The notes below the pieces were generated by a model that saw only the letters and a list, made by a program, of their open reading frames with translations, was not told the origin of the DNA and made no database searches. The position numbers and the translations under genes are program-made. Below are positions 49,933 through 64,000 of a DNA stretch of 64,000 nucleotides, piece by piece. Position 1 is the first letter of the stretch. Each line of letters opens with the position of its first letter. This DNA is from Orbicella franksi (Eukaryota), in assembly GCA_964199315.1 (NCBI GenBank), contig OZ116711.1, positions 21,886,001 to 21,950,000 of the forward strand, in the 5' to 3' direction.

Positions 49933-52900
49933 TTAAGCTTTAAATCCGTTTGCAAGGTCATGCTCGTTTCCCTTTCCCGTTCTGTGGTGGCTATCCCTCA
50001 CCACCGTCGACGACATTTCACTCTTATCAATACTGTTTTCACTAGGTAAGTTTAGAACACCAGCCTTGTCCAACCGAGTCATCTCAACGCCAACTTTAAA
50101 CGAGGGCACAGAGTATATTTGAGATGGGGATAAACTTTGAGGACTTTCTAACTCCAAAGCAGGATTTTTATAACTCCCCCGCGCGTCCGCGGGTGACACG
50201 CGGGCCTTGTTCCCGCGGGAACTTTGGGGGCGCCCGTTTTTCTGCGGAGAATTTTCAGTTTTTAATTCCACCCATGACCTGGATAGAGAGCTACTGGATT
50301 TTTTACGACGGGATGAAGGGATGGTGGTGGACATTTTCTTTCTCTTCTTCGTTCCACGGCGTTCGGAAAGAACCGACGGAGGTCTCGTGTCTTCTTCAAT
50401 GATTTCCTCGCTCTCGTGCATCGAGTTTATAAGTGTGAAATTTCTGGGGAGGGCGGAAATAGTAGGAAGTTCCTCCATTTCATGAGCCGATGGCAAATGA
50501 GCGATCTTTTCTGATCTGTTGTCCACATCCCCGCTTCCCACTGTTTCTTTTGTGGTTGGACTTTCTATCTTTGTTTCGCTCTCGCTTTCATTTTCATTTT
50601 CTTCTTCATTACACGTGTCATCTCGACGAACCTTGTTTCTCTCGTACTTGCTTGGACCGATATACACATCACCATGAGCAAAAAGAGTGTTTCGAGAGCG
50701 TCGATGATAGCGCCTAAACTTAGTAGCCGAGCCTTCTCTTGACTCCTGGGTCAACACCTCCGGCAATTGCCCGTTCTGTTGTAATGACGTGGTGCTGGTT
50801 GGTGACTGACCATGTCTAGGGTTCACGCGCAGTTTAGCCTCACAAATTAAGCGTCGCTTTTTCTTCGGTAGGCTAAGCCTGGCTTGTGCATGGGAGTAAT
50901 ACGTGGAGAAATTATTTCCTATCACAGAGACAGGCAAAGCTACGATGAGCACGCCGAAAATGGCGCATATTCCACCAATGATCCTACCAGGGATTGTCTT
51001 AGGCACCATGTCACCATAGCCAACGGTTGTCATGGTGATAATCGCCCACCAAAATGCTTCTGGGATACTTTGAAAATCAGGTTCACTTCCCTGTTTGGTT
51101 TCGATCTCGAATAAAACGCTGGAAAATACCACAACTGGAATTAGCAAGATTATCAAAAGAAGGATAAGTTCTCTGAAGCTCGCTTTGAGCGATTGCACGA
51201 TAATCTGCAAACCGCTTGTAAAAGCGAACACTTTCAATGCACGGAATGTTCGTATGAGCCTCACCGCTCGCAGAAAGTTTAGGTTTCCACTACCAAGAAT
51301 GATGTTTTCGTAAAATGGAAGCAGGGATATCAAATCGACCCAGGTCATGATTTCCTTAAAGAAAGCGATCTTGTCGGGGCAAAATATCAACCTGGCTCCA
51401 AATTCCAGCGTGAACCAGGCACAGAAGGCGTACTCAAACCCTTGAATGTATTTATTATTTTGGTCCTTTACAACCGACCAGGCACACATTGAAGCAACCG
51501 AGGCTAGAATCATGAACAGGGACACCATAGCAAACACCTGAAGAAAATAAACAAATTAAATGTGAAGGTAAGTTGGGTTGAATGTTCCTAAAGTAGATAC
51601 AGTGAACACCCCGTTAATAGGGCCACATCGTAATTGCGGCCGCTTTGTTCTGGCCCAAACAAAAGCTCAGTCAGTCATTTTGTTATTTAAAGAACCCCTT
51701 GAATCCGGCCACCCGTTAACACGGCCCCGCTGGAGACTGTACTTATTGGCAGGTATATTTATTAGTCTTTTGTTAAGTGTTCTATTGAACTACTGTTTTC
51801 GGTTGGTTTGGCTGAGCACATTGCAAAACTGTTTCTTAAAAAATTGATGAGCTGGACAACAACAACACCAAAAAAAAAAAAAAAAACTGCGCCCGAACAA
51901 CCATAGAAAACAAAACAACAACAAAAACTTATAGTAAGAATGAAAAACGTTCTCTTGTTAAAAAGATTAAAAACATTTAAAACATTTTTTAATCGTTTAA
52001 GACTGATAGGCGAAACTTCATGTTTTAACTCCTTTTTAACCAGAGAAAGTTTTTGTTAAAAGAAAGTTAAACGTCGAGTTTATAGTTGCGATGCACTCGG
52101 CTACAGCTAGCTAGTTTTCAAACATGCCACTTAAACTGAAAGAAAGAAATATTGCAAATAAACATAATAGGGTTAAAAATTTCAACTGATGAGAGGCAGA
52201 CCAGCTGGCTATTTACAAGCATGACCGAGGAGCTGAACTAGGTTCTACCAAGAAACAACTCCAGTTAAGTGGTCAGAGCGGGACTTGAACCCGCGACGTC
52301 CGGTTTTCAAGTCCGGCGGCCTCACCACTCGGCCACGCTGTCTTATCCTGGTTAATGCTCCGTTTTTGTGAACAACAACTTGCATGTGCTATATGTAACA
52401 GGACGCCAGTTTTAGAAAGCGTTGAATGTTGTCCGTCAGTACGTACGTGGCATGTTGGATAATCTAGTGTTCTTTCGAGTGAGGCCTTTGATTATTGTAT
52501 TTTGTCAAGTCAATGTTTTAAGCTTTCGCCGATCGACGGCATCATCGATCAGGGATAGAAAATATTTCGCTCTAAAACTATATATTGTAAGGCGGGTAAT
52601 GATGTGTGCAAGTTTTCGTATGCACGACTGATGAGTTTAAATAATACGTCATATATAGGAAAACTGAAGAAAATCTTCGAATCCCTTTTCTTTTAATCTA
52701 GCAGCAGGAATCTTTTTTACAAGTGTTTTTTTTTCTAACAAAAGGGGTCATCCTGCGAAATATTATGTATATGTATGTATGTATGTATTGGCATTATCGG
52801 ACAATCTAGTTCATATTATCATCATTACCACTGAACCATTTATTCAACATTGTTAAGAAGGAATCCTCCACAAGTGCGAGTAACTGAGGTGGACAAAAAT

Positions 52901-55900
52901 TGTACCAAGGTCATTTACATTGTTTTACAAACTTCTGTACGAGTGTTTTACATATCTTCTCAAAAGAAATCATTTCTAACAACACTAAATGACGAAAACA
53001 AATTTTGAAGTTCATATGAAACATGAGGTACTGGTGAAATGAAGCTGATGATGAAATTTTACCTGTGATGTGACAGTTTCCCTGAACTTTGAAATTTCAC
53101 ATTTTCTCGAGTCCCCATGGTAAATTTTATTGATGTTATTTCAGCGATTATTTATATGTTTGGCTTTTAGAAAATACAGAAAGGATTGTAATATACTTAA
53201 AGTTACTCTAGTACAGGGTTTTTGTCCATTAAAAGCTGATTTTCCCTCGGATTTCGTCTTAATAGTTTTTGCAACGTCCAAAAATTTCGCTGACCATACG
53301 CTTTCATTATTCCATTACCTTTTTGTTTCTTGATTTTGATTGCGCAAATGCGGAAGTGTTGGTTGGGGGCCCAAGAAAATTGTTTCCGCTTACAGTTCCG
53401 CGCAGCCGTTCATATAATTTATTGCGACAACTTTTCATCAGGCATTCTTTTCAAATTCTTCCCGGAACCTCAGTCAATTTTAAGAAATTGCTGGAAATGT
53501 CGCCCGGTTTACTCTAAAGAAAATATATTAAGGGGTGTTTTCCCAGTGTGCGGTGCTGGTAAATAAGGGGTGACAAATTCATCCTGTGAAAAATTAGATA
53601 TTCGAATTCTGCTCACATTTGCACTACGTAGGAGGACTAATTGTACGCTTGCGGCGAAAGTCTGAGACTTTAGACTCTTTTTTTTAAATATCTTTTATAA
53701 GAATATTGGGGCTGAAATTTGCGAAATCTTAAGAATACTTTAGGAATAAACCTGAGGATAAAATTTTGAAAAGAATATAATTTTGTATGTTGAAAATTTG
53801 TAAATATAATACAATAATATGTTAAATTTACGTAAACCGTTTAACATTCTTCCTTTTTCTAAACGGAGAAAAAAAAGTACTAGCCAAAAAGGAACAAAAA
53901 CAGCGCTAGCCGTATGTTTGATGCTAACACATTTCTGCAAGACGTTATGTGCGTCATATCAGGCCTCTATGCCTGCAGGCTGGTTCCAAAATTACGTACT
54001 TTAACACCATCCAGACACCAAATACATTCGAAAACAGAAACGTCATACGCTGTAATCTAAGAATGTTCAGTGGAATATTTTCAAGAAAATATTCATGAAA
54101 ATACTTTTCAGCCTAAAATCGGCAGAAAAATGAGATCATTTAGCCTCGGCCGGAAAAAAACAATGTTTCTATAAAAAAAAAAAAAGAGAGTGTGTATTTA
54201 CTGCACGCGCATAAAAACAATTTTGTTATTAGATGAACTTTCGTTTCCAAATTTGATGTCGATGCGAACCTAGCCTTAAATTAATTTGACACGTTCGCTT
54301 CTGAGCATTATGTGGTAGGTTGTGGCTAGCCACTTAGAATACATAAGTCTTTATATTTATTTGCAGAGGTTAAAATCTTAAGGGTATCACGGCCGTCATT
54401 GAAACTTGAACACACACAGAAAACAAGAATTGGCGTCTCTAATTTCAAAGTTTGATTTGTAAATATATATCTTGTCTGAGTTTTACGGTCGATAAGTATT
54501 CCTGCAAGAGATAATTCAACAAGCCACTAAAATTAATTCCAAAGTGGTTAAAAGAGGCGTGATTCACCATGACGAAGAAACTTTTCTTTTCATTTTACAG
54601 CAAAACTAGCCTGTAAGGTCAGTTTAATTTTCGTCCATTTACGATTTTACGTCTTTCGCTACTTCCAAGGTTTGTAAGGATTAGATAATAACAAAGCAAT
54701 ACTGATCTGATAGCAGACTTCGGTAGATAAAATAAACTACAGCTGAAGACCCTTCACTGGGAAACTAAACAGCTGCATAACAAAAAAAGGAAGACTCTAA
54801 TAGGTTCGTCAAGTTGTTTTTGTTCGTAATTTTTTATTCATTTTTTTTAAACACCGGAGGTTTCTGGAAAGATCTCTACACTTTTGACCGTTTACCTATT
54901 TTCCCAGCCTGAATTATTTTCTCTAACAATTAGTTTCCATAAATACGGAACTGGACCGCTTAATCTAGAATTCCCGCTGGTAAAAACCAGCCGCCCTAAT
55001 TTAAAAGTTGAACAAAGTGAGTAGACATTGAAAAACATGACTATGCAAAAAACACAAAGGCTATAAAAATATTGGAATATTAAAGCATTAATGCTTTCAA
55101 TTCGCTTCCAATGGGAAACTTTTATATATAGTTTTGCGTGCAAATAAGCAGGGCTAAACTTAAGGGGATTAAGATCGCATCAACCACATTTATAATTCTT
55201 CAAAAAACATTAAACTAGCCAAATTCGTCCATCTACACAAAAAGCCCCTGGATTTGCCAGCACTCCACGAAATCCTGCTTAAGAACATATTTTACGTAAT
55301 TTTAATATTGCTGTTTATATTTAATAATTCCTATTGTGTACAGGCGTTGTTTTTTTGTGTATTTATTCAGAGGTCGTGGGCAAAATAAATAATTCCCCAT
55401 GTATTCAACTTGCATTACGATAATTCAATTCATGGCGTCTTGTTTTATCAGAATAGATTTTTTACGTAAGGTAGGAAAATATTAAAACATTCGCGGGTTC
55501 ATAAAGGATGAGAACACTGGATTAGTGGAATGAAATACCGGTTAAGAAGCTAAAATCCAATATTTCTTCAGCAGCACTGGCAAAATTGAAAATGAGATTG
55601 TTTTCGGGATGGATTTAGAACTTTACTTTGCTGAAAAAAATTCAAAAAAATTCTACGTTTTTCTAAATATGTTTCGCTACCTTTGCCCTGGTTGATGAGT
55701 GAGCATCATCGAGCACAGCCCAAATCTTTGGTCGGTAGATTGTCCAACATGAAAGCGATGACATTTGGCGATACGATGAATCTAAATCTGGGGACGAATT
55801 ATCATCGTCATCATCCGAATCCTCAAACTCAGGTCCGACAAAATCTTTCAAATTTTTCTCAGCATCTCGATGTTGACTGTAGTACGGCCAACAACACGCT

Positions 55901-56184
55901 TCCATCTCTTTTTCTTCGATTCCCCAGAATGTTAGCTCCTCTTCAAAAAGCGGTCCGCAAAAATCCCTGGGAGCGTGCAACTGGCCCGTGCGATAATAGT
56001 TGAGAATGATACCGAATATTTTAGGGTTTCGGTCGAAAAAATATTCTTGCTTGGTATCCCCGTTAATGAAACTCCCCGCCAGCCAAGCCAACCTGGTATC
56101 GGGAATAGTTTGTAGAGTGCTTGCATATGTTTCATGGCGTTTTCCTCCAACGTTGATTATAATTCTGTCACTTTCGGTATCCAT
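49933..56184 (-). CDS. KCNC: Shaw/Kv3-family K+ channel paralog D, 2 coding exons, about 702 aa (possible 61-aa longer N-terminus from ATG 56367)
   Basis: Exons 56184-55681 (T1; donor AAG|GTAGCG) and 51537-49933 (acceptor TTCTTCAG|GTG; S1-S6, [34 protein letters not shown], long tail). Phase-0 junction. Confidence 0.93.
52170..52342 (-). mobile_element. Second tRNA-derived SINE family (head fragment also at 37785-37821, + strand)
   Basis: Minus strand reads gacagcgtggccgagtgg...ctTGAaa...gcgggttcaagtcccgc followed by a non-tRNA body. A and B boxes are present; the acceptor stem does not pair. Confidence 0.7.
53671..54196. mobile_element. MITE, inverted sister of 9215-9673
   Basis: Reverse-complement similarity along the length of the element. 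Confidence 0.75.
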
Positions 56185-58299
56185 AGTTGCAGACAGAGAT
56201 GCGAGACAACCAAGCGAGAAATCGCAATAACTTGTTCTTTCGCGAATTGTTCGACTGAGCAGTGGTATTGAAAGTGTTCTTGTCAAACTGCGAAATTCGT
56301 TGCGTGAAAATCCTCGATGATAAACTTCATTTGGCCTCGAGGTATTCGTGGGAACATGAAGGCACACAAACGCACAGCTACTGACGGATATTAAACTTAC
56401 TTCTCTGAAACATGATTGACAGCTGTCTATTTTCCAAAACAGGTGATATTGGCAAAAAGAACCGCATATTCATTCAAAGGCCAAAGCTTTGTTTGAAAGA
56501 AATAATAAAGATATATGTGCATAGTCACCAATAAGAGTGGGTTTTTTTTCCCATAACGTTGAAAAATTTATGAGTTTACTTAGGAAATTTTCGATTCGCC
56601 TTCTATCATAGCCTCAGAGGAGATAGAGAAACAATAGTGAAACGAGAGGAGATGCCATATTGACAATTCATCTTGCAACTCGTGTCGTTGATAAACGAAA
56701 GCTGTCATCCGTTGTCGCTTATGCAAACAGTGAATTTCGACATGTAAATTACGCCAGTTGAGAAATGGCAGTAGACACATTTGCTTTTAGCGTCAGCCAT
56801 ATGAGTATAAAGGACTTATTCTCCTGCCGCGGTTTTGCTCAGAAAAGCTTTCAAATTGCAGCATACAATTTTTATACCGCCGAATTAAAATCACACTGTC
56901 CATCTAAAATGTACGAAGAATATTGATTTGGCATGTCTAATTGTTTTATTTCCAGGGCACATTTCGTGTTAAAATAGCTAATATTAAAAACTTGTCAGCA
57001 AGTTAGATCGCCATTGGTTTCATGTACTATATGGTGATATTTTCACCAGTTTTGTTTTCGTTTTAATGTTGCTTACTTCCCACTGTGAATGTACGGTCTG
57101 TTGCCAACAAAATCATTTCTAATTGAAATTATAAACAGGCCATTTGTGTTTTTCTTGGTTCGGCGTTGATCTATAATGGCAAAAACCCACAGGTATTTTT
57201 CCGTCGTTTTCTATGGTTCATTAGAGTTACCTAGGGGAATGTTTTCCCAATTAACAAGGCATTATTGGGTCCAGTGCACGAAAATGCAAAGGTGAATTAC
57301 TTGATGGAGGAACACCCATCACTGACAAATGAACTTGTTTTTTCAATAGATATTCTGGATTCTGGAAACACCCACTTGATTAAATGGTTCCTTTATCAGC
57401 CAAGTGAGGTGTTTTCATTACTAATTACAGGAACCTTTCGCTAAAGTACATGCGTGGGACCGGATCCTAATTTGCAAGCAAAAGCTGAATGACGAAGGTC
57501 TTTTAGCGTTTGTTGTGGCTACCAGGAACGTAAGGCCAAATATTCAGAATTTTCGACTTCCTCGGTAGAGTTCATCGAGCAAGGATCTGATCAAGTGCAA
57601 ATTGTAAAACTGATAAAATGAAACAAGAGAAAACCGTGACGAGGCCAAACAAAAACAATGAAAATAATTTCTTCAAATTTCGGAAAGACAAATAAAACGT
57701 AGGAAAATATTACTCAACAGTTCCATTTGTAATGTCACATGTTAGAGTTTCATCCAGGCAAGTACTTAATAAGTTGGAGTTAAATTAATTGACTGGATAT
57801 TTGTGTCTCAAACTAAAAGAGACAAAAGCTTTTTTGACAAGAAATTTGCCGACAGCGGAAGAAAAAAATTAATGATTACCAGCTGAAAATCGTTACAAAA
57901 AACACAAAATATTCAGCAATGGTTCTACGATGTCTGTAGAAAGGACCAGATTGATTGAAATTTAAAAAAAAAATTTCAAAAGCGAAAAACGTATTTGAGA
58001 ACAGTTGGAAGAAATTGCTTATGAGAACGTCATTAAACAGCGGCTGTATCGAAGAAATAAAAAGCAACCGAGTTTTCATTTTCCTTGTTTTATTGGCCAT
58101 GCTTGCTTTCAAAGATACTGATAAAAACCGTCGTAGACTAAGGAACATATAATTTCCAAAAAATGAAATTTGAGAACTAAATTAACTCGAGTTATTTTAT
58201 ATTTTGAAACTGGGGTGATGTCGGAATAAAACGAACTTGAGATGGCAAGCTTTTAAATGCCGTAATATTTAATACACATTAAAGTGAATAGAGCGTTTT

Positions 58300-58559
58300 A
58301 CTTGACGTCACGAGTAATTGTTGCCAAACAATGCAATTTCCGTCCTTTGGGAAATACGTTTTCAGTTTTTGCATTAAAATTTCTTTCGAGATCTAAGAGC
58401 CAAGTGCGCTGGAACTGGGACTGGGATTTGAGCCATAAGTCATATTGGTCATCGGTATGGCAAGACAGTTGTCATTGTCAACAAATATGGCGGATACGGG
58501 TTGTTATGGCGGACATGGAAGTGAACCGTAATTTACTTTATTTTGAACCATTTTAAAAG
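58300..58559 (+). promoter_or_regulatory. Putative TATA-less promoter / non-coding first exon of ARMH1
   Basis: TGACGTCA near 58302, YY1-like AATATGGCGG at 58484-58493, ETS-like GGAAGTG at 58517-58523, candidate donor AAG|GTATGG at 58559/58560, and candidate acceptor TTTTAAG at 58726 just before ATG 58728. Motif evidence only. Confidence 0.35.
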
Positions 58560-58727
58560 GTATGGGGCTAAATCGACTTATTCTTTTAGAATTTATTGGT
58601 TTGGGTTTGAATTTCGTGGAAGTCTCGTCAACTCCGCGTATATAAGATGTGAACTGTAAACTACGGGCGAGTGATCGCTTCTAGAATGGCGAGAATTTTA
58701 TTGATTACGATTAACTTGCTTTTAAGA

Positions 58728-63703
<4,976 letters not shown>

Positions 63704-63854
63704 GTAAGATGACTTGGTGTTTTTGTGGACACTTGAAGGAGCTCAGTCACAGTATTTTGAATTATTTTGGCTAGGCACAAAAGTGCATTTAATTGAGGGA
63801 AACCTGAAAATAATACCTTACTAAGATATAAAAACACCAATTGAAAGAGATAAT

Positions 63855-64000
63855 GGTAAAGTCTGCATACGAGCCAAGTGGCTCTTCAGGCTGGAGTTTA
63901 TCCCGGTTTCAATAGCATGAAGCGGCTAACCTGGGAACGAGGTTGCCCCCAGCATTAATTTCGCCGGTACCCATTTATACACCTGGGTGGAGAGAGGCAC
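63855..64000 (-). mobile_element. Same SINE family, cut by the window end
   Basis: gtaaagtctgcatacgagccaagtgg...ggtacccatttatacacctgggtggagagaggcac. Confidence 0.75.

Noticed and set aside
52270-52342. tRNA-Ser(TGA) gene on the minus strand
   Set aside because: Acceptor stem unpaired, no long variable arm, and it continues into a SINE body.
58671-58727. Longer ARMH1 N-terminus from upstream starts (58671/58686)
   Set aside because: Homology begins at MKTDQAA, and the upstream bases look like a 3' splice region (TTAAC...TTTTAAG).

Overview
Eukaryotic, intron-containing, AT-rich animal DNA. The gene set and repeat types suggest an anthozoan, probably a stony coral (inference). The core of the window is a same-strand tandem array of at least four Shaw/Kv3 (KCNC)-family voltage-gated K+ channel genes on the minus strand: D 56184-49933, C 28599-20284, B 12825-4492, and A, of which only exon 953-405 is inside the window. 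All three complete paralogs keep the TVGYG filter but replace the S6 PVPVIV gate with PVSVIG/PISIIG. Each has a different S4 charge pattern, and paralog C has also lost the S6 hinge glycine. This looks like a cluster of diversified regulatory ('silent') subunits. A Cys-rich 10-finger C2H2 gene (+, 46497-47501) sits inside the array, beside a dense nested-transposon island (about 39.8-46.3 kb). The island holds a MITE inserted into its own family member, a 27-bp micro-element with TIRs and TSD, and a tRNA-cloverleaf-bearing 261-bp unit in inverted plus tandem arrangement with a 14-bp TSD. ARMH1 (+, 8 exons from 58728, running off the window) is head-to-head with gene D. It has a U12-type first coding intron and a layered duplication/hAT insertion around its exon-7 donor. 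Exon boundaries were read by eye from splice signals and frame continuity; family names of non-coding repeats are inferred, and no searches were run.
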